Under the pieces are notes generated by a model. That model made no database searches, had not been told where the DNA came from, and worked only from the letters and a program-made list of their open reading frames with translations. DNA of 39,495 nucleotides, taken from the IMG/VR virus record IMGVR_UViG_3300015050_000728, positions 1 through 39,495 of that record, one strand, 5' to 3'. The DNA comes from a virus. Lineage: Duplodnaviria; Caudoviricetes. A program made the position numbers and the translations under genes. The first letter of the stretch is position 1; each line of letters begins with the position of its first letter. Below, in pieces: positions 24,714 to 35,498 of this stretch.

Positions 24714-25393
24714 TACTTTTTCTTTCTCTTCACTAGGGTGTCATAATCAGCTTGTAGAATCTTCTTCCTAGCTGGGTCTTTCATGGAATCAATCTCTGCT
24801 TTCATCTCAGAGAGAAATGAATCACTAGTCATCTGTACGTCTCTTGCTGCAATCTCTGCAGGAGTGAACATAGCAGCCACCTTCATATCCTTCTCTGTAG
24901 GAATGCCTTTAGAGGGCTCAGGAGCCTTTAAAACGATAGGTTGAGGGGGAGGTACACCTGTAGCCTTCTCGGCTGTCTTAGCGGCTTCCTGCCATGGGAA
25001 TAATCCTTTTACGCTCTGAGGAACAACCTTTACAAACTTATCAGCAAAGTTCTGAGCTTCCTTCTTAGCTTCTTCCCAAGGAGCGGACACTGCTGCCCCC
25101 ACTCCTTCAGCTACCCCCTTATATCCTTCAACCATCTGCGTAACAGAAGGCTGACTGCCATTTTCTCTAAGTCCTCCTGCAACAATCTTCCTTGCTTGAT
25201 GCAAAGGAATAGCTGCTGCAATAGGAACTGCTAAGAGAGGGTTTTCAGCAATTGCTTCTCTTGCGAAAGCTCTATGCTCTGGACCTGACAATCGCTGTCT
25301 TTCCTCAGGAGTAGTGGCCCTCTCCCTCTCCATGTACAGTTCTGCATGGGATTTAGCCTCCTCCCAAGGAAGAGGATTACTCGGTTCCGCCAT
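24713..25393 (-). CDS. Hypothetical protein, possibly virion-associated (226 aa), with three PW(E/Q)EA repeats
   Basis: Start placed at ATG 25393 (MAEPSNPLPWEEAK), overlapping the upstream gene end. Confidence 0.7.
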   Translation of the reverse strand: MAEPSNPLPWEEAKSHAELYMERERATTPEERQRLSGPEHRAFAREAIAENPLLAVPIAAAIPLHQARKIVAGGLRENGSQPSVTQMVEGYKGVAEGVGAAVSAPWEEAKKEAQNFADKFVKVVPQSVKGLFPWQEAAKTAEKATGVPPPQPIVLKAPEPSKGIPTEKDMKVAAMFTPAEIAARDVQMTSDSFLSEMKAEIDSMKDPARKKILQADYDTLVKRKKK

Positions 25394-27233
25394 TTGTAGC
25401 TTTCCTCCAGCTAGATTTAGAGCTAGCGTTACCGCCAACATATTGATAACCGTTACGAACATCGCCCTCCTTCAGACCTTTCATGAAGTATCCGGGCATG
25501 TAGATATGTTTATTATCTTCCCAATACTTATTATAGTCTGTAGAGCCTTCCATATGGGCTCCAATATGGATAATTTGATTTATCCCTTGTTGCGCAGTGC
25601 GGAGAGTTTCCATAGCCTGACGTTGTGCTCTCAGCTCAACAGGGTTTGTACCAGCTCCTGCTTTAGGTTCAAATACAATACCGCTTCCAGAGAATTTGAT
25701 ATTAACCATATCAGAGATAGCCATAGGGGTTTCTCTAGTGTTCTCTGAACTGATTGGCATAACTGTAGAATCAAATGTCTGAGCACTTGAATTCACTGCC
25801 TGTGACATTCTCTCTTGTACACCACGGATGATAGCTGGCTCATACAGGATTTGGAATGTCTTCTTAGCTGTACCAGCAGCAACAGGATCAAGAGCGTTAC
25901 TCTTAACGAATGCTGCATATTCTGGAGAAGCAAAAAATGAGGCTACACCTTTAAGCTTATCAGGACCAACCCCCTTATCAATCATATCTCCTGTTTGTTT
26001 AAGGATGTGATTGACAGAATTAGAAGCTTGGATAGTAGCAATCTCTTTACTAGAAACTTTACCATTCCTCAGATCATTCAATCCACCTTTTAAGAGCTTC
26101 AATGTGCTTTCTTCTGCATCAGGATTACCAACCACTTGAGGGATGAAATCTTGACTACCAGTAGGGATACTTCCGAGGATAGCCATTGCTCTAACGCCTT
26201 CAGGAGCAGAGCTAAGAGCTAAGCTAGGGTTGTTAGGAAGCAACTGATTAGCAACTACAGCAGCAGCTACTTTAGGATCACCCATAGCCACAAGTTTCAT
26301 ACGAGTAGTGATTGTATTCAATTGATTCTGTAATGCTTCTGCATTCTCTTTAGGATCAATAAGCTTAAGACCCACCTTATTCATTTCATCAAACAATGAA
26401 CGATAAGGTGCAGCAAGTTCTGGACTAGTTCTAGCAGCAGCTTGTAGAGCCCCACTAATATTCCCAAACCGTTCTCCCAATGATGCCTGAGCCATCTGAG
26501 GGGTCATTGTCCCATTACGTACTTGATCTCCTAAAGTCTTAGTGAATTCTTGGAACGCTGTAATATTACTACCTGCAATATCATTCACAAGCTTAAAGCT
26601 CAAATCTTTCTCTTCCCTAGCAGCAACTGCTTGGTCAAAGGTTCCTTGAGCACGCTTCTCAGCATTGTCTCTATACTTAGCTGCAATAGCTGCATCAGAT
26701 TGAATACCAATCTTAGCTGCTTGAATCTGAGCATCCATAGCTGCTGGAGACATACCGGGAAGGAATGTAAACCCTCTCTCACGAGCTTGGGTAATATCAG
26801 CTTCCCTACGTTTCTCTTCAGTTTCTACTTTACGTTCAGAATCACCCTTAGCAGTAAATCCTCTAAGAGCTTTACCAGCCTTCTCAAAATCCTCAATAAA
26901 CTCTCCATATCCAGCAGCGTATTGATTGAAATTGGCCCTACTACGAGCAGCAGCTTGAGAAGGAGTCATCTGACCACTCTCTACAGCATCATTCAAAGTA
27001 GTTTCTTGTCTGATGTAAGACTGAACGATTGTGTTCTTACGTTTCTCAGCTTCCTGTTTACGAGACTCAATCATCCCCTTATTAAATACATCTACAATAC
27101 TAGAGACAACATTCATCCCTACTCCGGGAATGTCTCTACTTTCTGTAGGAGCAATATTAACAGGATTGACAACATTAGCTCCAGCCCCCTGAGGGGCCGA
27201 GAGACTAGTTGCTTGTGTGCCAAATTCGGCCAT
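25377..27233 (-). CDS. Internal virion (ejection) protein, 618 aa
   Basis: Ala/Gln-rich helical sequence, position after the large virion gene, C-terminal 'GDVRNGYQYVGGN...SSW' module. Confidence 0.7.
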   Translation of the reverse strand: MAEFGTQATSLSAPQGAGANVVNPVNIAPTESRDIPGVGMNVVSSIVDVFNKGMIESRKQEAEKRKNTIVQSYIRQETTLNDAVESGQMTPSQAAARSRANFNQYAAGYGEFIEDFEKAGKALRGFTAKGDSERKVETEEKRREADITQARERGFTFLPGMSPAAMDAQIQAAKIGIQSDAAIAAKYRDNAEKRAQGTFDQAVAAREEKDLSFKLVNDIAGSNITAFQEFTKTLGDQVRNGTMTPQMAQASLGERFGNISGALQAAARTSPELAAPYRSLFDEMNKVGLKLIDPKENAEALQNQLNTITTRMKLVAMGDPKVAAAVVANQLLPNNPSLALSSAPEGVRAMAILGSIPTGSQDFIPQVVGNPDAEESTLKLLKGGLNDLRNGKVSSKEIATIQASNSVNHILKQTGDMIDKGVGPDKLKGVASFFASPEYAAFVKSNALDPVAAGTAKKTFQILYEPAIIRGVQERMSQAVNSSAQTFDSTVMPISSENTRETPMAISDMVNIKFSGSGIVFEPKAGAGTNPVELRAQRQAMETLRTAQQGINQIIHIGAHMEGSTDYNKYWEDNKHIYMPGYFMKGLKEGDVRNGYQYVGGNASSKSSWRKATNGGTE

Positions 27234-27235
27234 AT

Positions 27236-30200
27236 TTATTCTTTCTTCAAATCTGAGCGGATATGCTCCACATCATCAATACGTTGTAGCATCAATGCTT
27301 TCTGTTCATCAGATACAGGCATTTGTTTAACTTGGTCTCTGAGGTTTCCAAGACTAGGAATAGCACTACGCTTCAAGAACATAGAGAGCAGAGCAGCATC
27401 CTTTCCTTTCAAATCCTCACCAAGCTTCTGAGCGATGATAGCCAATGCTACAGGATCATCCTGAAACACCTTCATCATCCTGCCAGTTACTTTAGTAATG
27501 AACACGGGATCGTTACTTTCCACTTCCAATTTTTCTGCGTAATACCTCTTGATACCTTCGTAAACTTTAATAGTTTCTTCCCTATGGGTTTTAACATCTT
27601 TAGACATTTCCATGGAGATTCTATATAGGTCACGAGTATCAGCAGTACCGAAACCAAAAGCTTGAGCCCAAGCCTCAGGAGCACTTACTGTTTGATCAAT
27701 TGTATTACCATATTGATCATATCTTTTACGAGCGTCTAACAAGATTTTAGCTTTGATGGCATTGTTATATCCAGAGGATATCTTAGCCACTTCGTTCATC
27801 ACTTGCAGGAACGTTTCAGGCTCTTCATCAATGTCTTCAATAATTCCGAAATAACGGGCCATAGCAGCAATAGCGCTTCTAGCTCTACCACCTTCCTTCA
27901 AGAACAACTGTCCAGAGGGACTGTTAGCAATCATTGCTTCAGGTCCACCACTATACATTGCCTCAAAGAATTTAGTCCATCCTGTCATCTCATATGGAGC
28001 TAACGAAGAGAAATCAATATTAACATCTTCTCCTAAGAGATTTGTCAATGCTTGATTCATCAGAGCACTCTCCATCCCCCATGTAAACGCTTCTCTCCAG
28101 AATGGATCATCAGGAAGAATATCCACTCCTAATGCTTCACTAATCAATAATGTAGGGCCTCCCCACATTAAGATATCAGCTCCAATCATTCTAGCACGTA
28201 CAGCAGGATCAATTCTACGATTACTCATCTGCAAGAATGCTTTATGAGGAACCTGCATAAACTGCAACACCATTGCTGGAGTTGTTTGATTATACGGCAT
28301 ATCCCCTGCAAAATTCATGTCATAGCTAATAGCTCTGATTTCTGAATAAGCTTCATCCCTTACAGCCTTATTGCTAAGGTCTTGTCCCATACGTATTCTG
28401 CGTTCATACACAGCAGCAGCGTGTCCAATAATATTGGCATTCTCACCAATATCAAAACCAATCTGTCTTGTCTTCGTAGGAAGCCATTTAGCTGCTCTAA
28501 CAAGATTGTTAGTTGTATCTGCAGCTTCTAACAGTGTACCTCTTACGAGATTCTGTTTATCCACTGCATCAAGCAATCCGCTATTATCTAGGAATGTCTC
28601 AAACGCCTTCATCTCTGGAGACGCTTTATAAACTCCCATCTTAGAACCGATATAGCTTGCTACAAGCTTCTCAATACTTCCTGTAATCCATCCTCGTGGA
28701 TTATAAGCGTAAGTGCGTACCATCTGATGAGGCTGGATAATCCACTGACGTAATACGTTACTTCCGATGTACGCCATGAAGGTAGCATTCTTAGCCAAAG
28801 CAGTAGGAGCACCTTCCGACATTCCCATAGCGATACGTTCAGCTCTGCTGAGTCCACTATTTCCTAGCATATTAGCTATTGCGTTCATACCCACCTTGAA
28901 CACATCATCAATAGTATTCAAATATCCGTTTTCCAGATAGTTGATATATTCATACGTGGTACGAGCATCAGCAACTTGCTTGCTAGTTTCTTTACCCTTC
29001 AAAGTGATTTCTTGAACGTTCTTAGGCCACCTACGTCCTCCCATTCCGTTAGGAGGGATTACATCAGCGTATTGGTTGATAAACCTAGCCTTAGCTGCTT
29101 CCAGCATAGGACGGGCTACTGTACGCCCAGCAATGCTCTTTGCAGACCTTACAGCACTATCTACAGGATTCATGACATAGCTGCCATCTCCTAAGTGGTT
29201 AAGGCCGCTGGCGTCTTCTAAGAGCTTCCCACGGTGCCTCTGAGAGATACGTCCACTGGCAGAATTCAAATCCCACCAAGCATCATCATCTCTACGTAAG
29301 GCTCGTGCATCTCCACGAACATTATATTCTTTTCCTGTAGACTGAGCCATACGCTTAGCAAAGAATTCTGCTTCTTTCGTATCTCCAGCCACTGCAACGG
29401 TTCTGGTCTTAATAACCTTACCGTTCATATCTTTCTCTATCTCGTCTACAAACTTAGGAGCTTTGTATTGAATCTGATAATACCCATCACGATAATTCAA
29501 TACTTGATCACTGTCTCTAAACTTAGTCGTATACTCAGTGGGAGTATTACGTACAATCATGTGCTCCGCAGTAGTTCCGCCAAAATCGGTAGGACGGCGC
29601 AATTTAGCGTAGGTTCCACCGGCTGCGTATAGCATATCTCCCTCAGTTTTACTATGGAAGATAACACTATCTGTTGCAGGATCATAAATACCTCCAAGAT
29701 TTTGATTCTTAGGAATTGGTTTAACATACAGTTCAGTATTTGCATTCTTGAATCTTTGATATCCTTGTGAGTTTAAAGTCTTAACGATATCGTAATTCTC
29801 AAGATAGAAATGACTGTCCCAGAAATTCCTCCAAGATTTCAGAGCATCAATTTCTGATGGTTGAAATCCCCTAGCAATCAAATCTGCTTGATCAAACTTA
29901 ATTCCATTGAAGTTGGCATCTCTGATGTAATCATCAACTAATGCTTTACGATCTGATGGGAGTTTCACATATTTATCGGAATACTCACCAGCGATAGTAA
30001 GCATGAATTTATCAAACTTAGCTGTCTGATCACTTGCTACAGAAGCTGCTCCTGTGATACGTTTGTCCAACATTGAAGCTGCATCAAACAAATATCTAGA
30101 AACACTTCCTGTGCTTTGAGACACAGTAGGTCCAACTCTGTCAAACAAATTCTTCTTTACGTCAAACTTCTCAAAGTTGGTAATGTCTGTAGGATCAATG

Positions 30201-31930
30201 TCATGGAAGGTAGAAACCCTAACCATGTAGCTTCCTTCAACACCTCTTACGTCTTCAAGCTTAACTGGAACGTAATCCAATCCCTTCTTCTGAAGGATAG
30301 TGATTTCTTCATCCAGCACCCCTCTACTACGTAAAGCATACTTAGCTTGTTCAAAAGCTTCTTCAGCACGTAAGAATCCTCCTTCAGAGGTTCCATAGGC
30401 TGCATCAATCTTAATACGTCCACCATCGAGAGAGAAACTACTCATAGCGTCATTAACTGTCAGTCCTTCTGCAGAACCAAAATCATTAACTACTTGTGCT
30501 CTGGCTTGTGCCTTCTCACCCTTGGTGTAGTAGATTGCTCCTGTATTGTTTACAAGCTCAATCAGATCATCAGATACGTGTAAGTCTTGACGAATATTCC
30601 TACCAATGTCCACTACCTTAGCTGTTACATCACCACTAGGTGTAGCTACTTGAGGGACAATATCGTTGATGATAGCTTGATTCTTATCTACTCCATACAG
30701 AGCTTCTGCCACTTCATCAGTAGTAGATTTAAACACTGTGTCATGGATGTTACGAGCTTTCTCTGGATTAGCTTGTTGAACGATATTAGCAGGAGCTGCA
30801 GGATTTTCTTTACGCACTACAGAATTAACTTCAATGCGTTTGATTTGATCTTGCACGTCTAACAGATCAGGGGCTTGACGAACTCGTGTAGAAACTTCTG
30901 TACCTGTTCTAGGAACTTCATCTACCAATTCCCATTCAGCAGGAAACACTCTCTCACCCCTACCTACGTCATCTGCCTTAGACAATCTCTTAGCTTTAGC
31001 AGACCCTTTGAGAACTTGTCCAACACCAATAACATCCAGAATAGGAGCTAAGTTATCCAGCCACTCTTCTGTACTTCCATATCCACCTTCTTGGAAAATA
31101 GAAGCAGCTTTCTCAAACTGAGCAAACTGATTATCACTTCCGAAGATAATTCCGCTATTAGCACGAATACCTCTAAGGACGCTCTCAGTATAAGCTACAC
31201 GCTGTGAAGGAGGAAGGTCTTCCAATCGTTTACGGATGTTAGCAGTGGTTGTACCGGGAGCTAAGAATCCTTTTACAGTTTCCCACAAGGACAAAGGACG
31301 GCCATCTTCATTAGCAATCCCTCTATTCACTTTACCAACGCTCACAGAATTACCAAATGGTAACACCCACAATGCAGCCATATCAGCCACAGTGGACATG
31401 TCTGCACCATCTAAGGTGGCTCCATGAGCGTTTACCAGTCCTTGTATCTGATTACGAATATCATAAATTTCACGAACAGAAGAAGCAGTAGATATGCGTG
31501 CATCCTCTTGGTAGGGATTTTCTCCCTTGCTTCCTGCAGCCAGAGAATTAGTATGAAGAATCGTTCCAGAATCTTTAAGGAACTGAGAGCTTTTGACACC
31601 TTCCACGATTGAACGTTTCTGGTCAATAGGGATTCTTGGGTCTGCCAATACTGACATAATCCCTTGCATATCAACTTTATTCGTGCTTTCCAATACCGAA
31701 GCTTTAAGCTGATCGTATAGAGCACTCTGGCCCTCTTCTCCTTCTGCCATTAAGAGTTGATAATTCTCAACTGCTTTAGCTGGCTGTTCGGACAGCATAG
31801 CTGCTGTAGCTGCCCTATTACGAATTGACCCCCTTGGGATATTTAGAGGAGGCAGCTCAGATGCTACGAGTTCGTTTAAATCAACAGGGGTAGGTTGAGC
31901 ACCAAAGCTCTCTTCTAAAAAATCTGCCAT
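27236..31930 (-). CDS. Large internal virion (ejection) protein, 1564 aa
   Basis: Size and synteny match the podovirus core-protein block; no enzyme motif recognised. Confidence 0.72.
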   Translation of the reverse strand: MADFLEESFGAQPTPVDLNELVASELPPLNIPRGSIRNRAATAAMLSEQPAKAVENYQLLMAEGEEGQSALYDQLKASVLESTNKVDMQGIMSVLADPRIPIDQKRSIVEGVKSSQFLKDSGTILHTNSLAAGSKGENPYQEDARISTASSVREIYDIRNQIQGLVNAHGATLDGADMSTVADMAALWVLPFGNSVSVGKVNRGIANEDGRPLSLWETVKGFLAPGTTTANIRKRLEDLPPSQRVAYTESVLRGIRANSGIIFGSDNQFAQFEKAASIFQEGGYGSTEEWLDNLAPILDVIGVGQVLKGSAKAKRLSKADDVGRGERVFPAEWELVDEVPRTGTEVSTRVRQAPDLLDVQDQIKRIEVNSVVRKENPAAPANIVQQANPEKARNIHDTVFKSTTDEVAEALYGVDKNQAIINDIVPQVATPSGDVTAKVVDIGRNIRQDLHVSDDLIELVNNTGAIYYTKGEKAQARAQVVNDFGSAEGLTVNDAMSSFSLDGGRIKIDAAYGTSEGGFLRAEEAFEQAKYALRSRGVLDEEITILQKKGLDYVPVKLEDVRGVEGSYMVRVSTFHDIDPTDITNFEKFDVKKNLFDRVGPTVSQSTGSVSRYLFDAASMLDKRITGAASVASDQTAKFDKFMLTIAGEYSDKYVKLPSDRKALVDDYIRDANFNGIKFDQADLIARGFQPSEIDALKSWRNFWDSHFYLENYDIVKTLNSQGYQRFKNANTELYVKPIPKNQNLGGIYDPATDSVIFHSKTEGDMLYAAGGTYAKLRRPTDFGGTTAEHMIVRNTPTEYTTKFRDSDQVLNYRDGYYQIQYKAPKFVDEIEKDMNGKVIKTRTVAVAGDTKEAEFFAKRMAQSTGKEYNVRGDARALRRDDDAWWDLNSASGRISQRHRGKLLEDASGLNHLGDGSYVMNPVDSAVRSAKSIAGRTVARPMLEAAKARFINQYADVIPPNGMGGRRWPKNVQEITLKGKETSKQVADARTTYEYINYLENGYLNTIDDVFKVGMNAIANMLGNSGLSRAERIAMGMSEGAPTALAKNATFMAYIGSNVLRQWIIQPHQMVRTYAYNPRGWITGSIEKLVASYIGSKMGVYKASPEMKAFETFLDNSGLLDAVDKQNLVRGTLLEAADTTNNLVRAAKWLPTKTRQIGFDIGENANIIGHAAAVYERRIRMGQDLSNKAVRDEAYSEIRAISYDMNFAGDMPYNQTTPAMVLQFMQVPHKAFLQMSNRRIDPAVRARMIGADILMWGGPTLLISEALGVDILPDDPFWREAFTWGMESALMNQALTNLLGEDVNIDFSSLAPYEMTGWTKFFEAMYSGGPEAMIANSPSGQLFLKEGGRARSAIAAMARYFGIIEDIDEEPETFLQVMNEVAKISSGYNNAIKAKILLDARKRYDQYGNTIDQTVSAPEAWAQAFGFGTADTRDLYRISMEMSKDVKTHREETIKVYEGIKRYYAEKLEVESNDPVFITKVTGRMMKVFQDDPVALAIIAQKLGEDLKGKDAALLSMFLKRSAIPSLGNLRDQVKQMPVSDEQKALMLQRIDDVEHIRSDLKKE

Positions 31931-31939
31931 ATATTTCCT

Positions 31940-32554
31940 TTATCTATCTCTTATAGCACCGTAATCTACGCTACCCCAATTAGTAGCTGAAGCTGGTGCA
32001 GGAGCCATTGCTCTACTAGCTGCATTACCTAATGTTCCAAATCCACCAGCACTACTGAAAATGCTTCCACCTAAGCTAAACAAACTGTCTCCAGACTGAG
32101 CACTAGCCATAGCGTTCTGAGCAGCTATACCAGCATCCTGAGCAGTCCCCATAAAATTAGCAGCATTCTGTGCATATTGACTAGTACGATCTGCTGATGC
32201 GATGCGTCCTAAGTTACTTCCGATGTTAGAACCTAACTGAGTACCTAGAGAACCTAATGCTCCAAATTCTCCAGAGCTTCCAGCAGTACCAGAATTCTCT
32301 GCACTCTGTAAAATTCTAGCTCTACGAACACGCTCTTCTCTAATTTGATTCCGTCTCTCAGCAGCAGCTTGAGCTGCATTCAAAGCACGCTGTTCACCTT
32401 GAATCTTCTCTTGCTCTCCTTGAGCTTCCCTCTGAGCTGCTAAGCCTCTTTCTTGTGCGTCCCTAGCATCTTTTCTGCTCTCCATTCCTTGATATGCACC
32501 GACACCGGCAGCGACAAGGCCACCTACGGCTACGATTGTAGTGAGTGCTGCCAT
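31940..32554 (-). CDS. Internal virion protein (T7 gp14-like position)
   Basis: Hydrophobic Gly/Ala N-terminus, Gln/Ala coiled coil, Gly/Ser-rich tail; synteny. Confidence 0.72.
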   Translation of the reverse strand: MAALTTIVAVGGLVAAGVGAYQGMESRKDARDAQERGLAAQREAQGEQEKIQGEQRALNAAQAAAERRNQIREERVRRARILQSAENSGTAGSSGEFGALGSLGTQLGSNIGSNLGRIASADRTSQYAQNAANFMGTAQDAGIAAQNAMASAQSGDSLFSLGGSIFSSAGGFGTLGNAASRAMAPAPASATNWGSVDYGAIRDR

Positions 32555-33024
32555 TATTTTTCCTTATATTCTTTACGGAAGGCGAATTCTCCCAATAGGA
32601 ATCCTCGCTTCTCTAATGTTTTCATATTCACTGTACTACTTCCAAGCAAGGATAGAACAGATTCATCAGCACATTCCTTTCCTTTAGAATCAAAAGCAGA
32701 GAACAACATTGCCCCTGCTCTTGTGTTTCTATAATCAGGAAGTACATACCAGAACATTTCTGCAAGAGTAAGAATGTTGGAGTTGTATACGTTAGGCACC
32801 AATAGGGCACCAAGGGCTCCTACAGGCTCATAACCCTTCTTAGCGATGAAGGCAGTACCCTCATCCATACCTCGGTAAGAAAGGGCGTAGAGCGTGTCTA
32901 AATTGATTAACTCGGGACGTTTTAATTCCTCTGTTAACATTCGTACAGCAGCAGTTTCTACAAACCAAGACAAATCTTGTTCTGTTAAAACCTCTACTGT
33001 GAACTTATGTAACTGTGTTTCCAT
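32554..33024 (-). CDS. GNAT-family acetyltransferase-like protein in the tail/core module
   Basis: AEMFWYVLPDYRNTRAGAML acetyl-CoA-binding motif A; LEKRGF. Confidence 0.8.
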   Translation of the reverse strand: METQLHKFTVEVLTEQDLSWFVETAAVRMLTEELKRPELINLDTLYALSYRGMDEGTAFIAKKGYEPVGALGALLVPNVYNSNILTLAEMFWYVLPDYRNTRAGAMLFSAFDSKGKECADESVLSLLGSSTVNMKTLEKRGFLLGEFAFRKEYKEK

Positions 33025-35302
33025 TTAGACTAATGCTCCATCCTGTAATTCTGCAATCTTTTCTCGGCTCTGTTTCCAAATACAGAGAGAAGGCTTTACC
33101 ACGTCCTCTAACTTTACTCTTACTCACTACTAATTCAAATCCATTGTCATAATCATCATCCAATCCTGTTATGTATTGAGCACGACGATAACGATAAACT
33201 TGTACCAATGGTGTCCACTTCTTTGAATTGATCGTATTAGAGAAATCCCATTGACAACGCATCAAACATCCAGACTGTTTATCAGGAACGAAGCCGGATG
33301 TAACTCCTTCTTCAGTTCGAGTGAAATACATAATTAGATAAGGGATTTGTTTAGAAATAGCAGAATCTCCAGTTGTCTGTTGTCCAGACAATAGATATGC
33401 TTTAGCGTCAACCCCCACTCCATCTGTTTCTTCCCAATCTAAGAACTCTGCATTGTTGTAATAGCTAAATGTGAAATAAGCTATACCATTTTCCATGTAT
33501 ACAACAAAATATCTCATAGACTGAATACCTGAAGACCTAATCGTTTCTGTTATACCAACAGCTTCTGCTGCAGAGAATACTTGATCACTTTCTACGTATA
33601 CAGGATTAAACACTTCACCTCGTTTAAAAGGTGTAGAAGCAAACAATCCCATAACCTCTACTGAATTGTTAGAAAGTTTATTGATTTTATTCTGATAGAA
33701 TACATTTAATACTGTATCGAGAATTAATTCCTTAGTAACTGAATCATCTCCAAATTTCGTACCAGACTTATACAACCATCTAATCTTTTTATTGATTGGA
33801 TCATACTCACCTGTAGCTTCTAATTTTACGACAGTATCAATATTTTCATATAACGTTTGGATAGTTGTCTGTGTGATGTTACTCACTCCAAAATTACCAA
33901 ACTGATCTTTAGCAATTACATAGATTCCATCTTCAGACCAAAAGAATGCTCTTCCACCTTCAATCACAACAGTAGAATCAGACAGTCCTCCAAAGGAAGA
34001 TATCTTAGTTACTTTATAATTGGTAGCAGAAAATCCATAATCATTACCACCAGTAATTGTCCATACACCGTTAGATGCAATTACAATCATGTGGCTCTCT
34101 AAATTGATCATGGAGATAATTTCCTTAGCCCCTGATACCCTCAGAAATCCTCCATCTGTATCTACTACATCATTATTCTCTCTCGATGTAGGATCACCAT
34201 ATTGGTAGCACTTAGCAAAATCTGTTTTACTTTTTACAAGCTGAGAGAATGCAATGAAGTTAGAAAGAATAGGGGATCGTTTATCTCCGTCCGTAACCTC
34301 ACCAGAAAATCCTGAATACCAAACCCTTCCTGCAAACTCTGATACAACCTTAGCCCCTCCAGAAGTTGAATCTTGGGGAAGCATAACTGATGCCACAGCA
34401 ATCTGAGGATACTTAGCTTTATTATTCACATACTCAGCCATTCTAGACGATCCTCTTTTGAGAAGGTCTATTACATAATACCCTTTAGGAGCAACAATCG
34501 TTGACCCTCTAGCATCGTTCCATAAATTTTGATAGATACGCTCTGTAGATGTACCAGCAGATACTGGTTGAAATTGCAATGCTGTCCATACTACTTCAGA
34601 ATTACTTGGATAATTGAATCCCGGAAGAGAGTGGTAGAAGTCATAAGACGGATCATACACTGTACCTGATGCTGCATCTGGACGTGGAATACCCCAAGAT
34701 TGATTTTGGAGATTATAGTAGTGTTGATCAGAATACGCACCACGATACGCTACATCAGTCTCATATTGAGGAATAGTAGTTTCTTCAACTCCCCATACGT
34801 CTCTAACTTTTAAGACGATATACTCTACAGAGAATGCAGTTCCATCATACGTAACTAAAGCAACTGTACCAACTCCTGCAGCAACAACCAATGTCCCTTC
34901 TGCAGATGTAAAAGAATAACGAGTAGCGATTGGAAAACTTGTTAGTTCGATATTTCCTACAGGAGTAGCTCCAGATAAACTGTCTTCATTTAAATCAAAG
35001 AATGTGAGAAATCTCTCAGATTGTACAACTAAGAGTTCATTAGTAGAGACTCCACCAACATTCTCCCATTTGTAAGTATTAAACTTAGCATCTGGAACTT
35101 CAATACCGGGGATTGGGGCTGGCCTAAGAATAAATCCTGGTTCATACCCCATACCAAGTCTACGGTCTCTAGTCCCATTTCTATTAAGCTCAAAGTTCTC
35201 TTCATCCAGAGACGCATTAGGAGGAAAATTTAAAGGGCTTGCTTCAGTAATTAGTCCTTGGACAAAATTATTTACTTCCGCCCGTACTGATGGTTTCGCC
35301 AT
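33005..35302 (-). CDS. Tail nozzle / tail tubular protein B
   Basis: 765-aa beta-rich protein, NNFVQGL N-terminus, FAGRVWY; synteny after the adaptor. Confidence 0.78.
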   Translation of the reverse strand: MAKPSVRAEVNNFVQGLITEASPLNFPPNASLDEENFELNRNGTRDRRLGMGYEPGFILRPAPIPGIEVPDAKFNTYKWENVGGVSTNELLVVQSERFLTFFDLNEDSLSGATPVGNIELTSFPIATRYSFTSAEGTLVVAAGVGTVALVTYDGTAFSVEYIVLKVRDVWGVEETTIPQYETDVAYRGAYSDQHYYNLQNQSWGIPRPDAASGTVYDPSYDFYHSLPGFNYPSNSEVVWTALQFQPVSAGTSTERIYQNLWNDARGSTIVAPKGYYVIDLLKRGSSRMAEYVNNKAKYPQIAVASVMLPQDSTSGGAKVVSEFAGRVWYSGFSGEVTDGDKRSPILSNFIAFSQLVKSKTDFAKCYQYGDPTSRENNDVVDTDGGFLRVSGAKEIISMINLESHMIVIASNGVWTITGGNDYGFSATNYKVTKISSFGGLSDSTVVIEGGRAFFWSEDGIYVIAKDQFGNFGVSNITQTTIQTLYENIDTVVKLEATGEYDPINKKIRWLYKSGTKFGDDSVTKELILDTVLNVFYQNKINKLSNNSVEVMGLFASTPFKRGEVFNPVYVESDQVFSAAEAVGITETIRSSGIQSMRYFVVYMENGIAYFTFSYYNNAEFLDWEETDGVGVDAKAYLLSGQQTTGDSAISKQIPYLIMYFTRTEEGVTSGFVPDKQSGCLMRCQWDFSNTINSKKWTPLVQVYRYRRAQYITGLDDDYDNGFELVVSKSKVRGRGKAFSLYLETEPRKDCRITGWSISLNGNTVT

Positions 35303-35498
35303 TTTTGTTTTCCTTTAAAGGCTTATTATCAAGATAGAAATCAATCTCAAACTTAGCCAACGTTCGTGTTGTGTACATTCCCGAGAGGCAGTCTGGAACC
35401 TTTCCACCTTTACCCGTGGTCACCACAATGTAGCAATGTGGGTGTTCTTTATGGGGTTTAATATAGAAGCTCTTGTATTCGTATGTGTATTCGTTCAT
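35268..35498 (-). CDS. Hypothetical protein (76 aa)
   Basis: ORF coupled between the adaptor and nozzle genes; GGKVPDCLSGMYT. Confidence 0.65.
   Translation of the reverse strand: MNEYTYEYKSFYIKPHKEHPHCYIVVTTGKGGKVPDCLSGMYTTRTLAKFEIDFYLDNKPLKENKNGETISTGGSK

Noticed and set aside
26550-27431. 293-aa + strand ORF
   Set aside because: Antisense shadow of the ejection-protein genes with Ser/Leu/Phe-rich non-protein-like composition.
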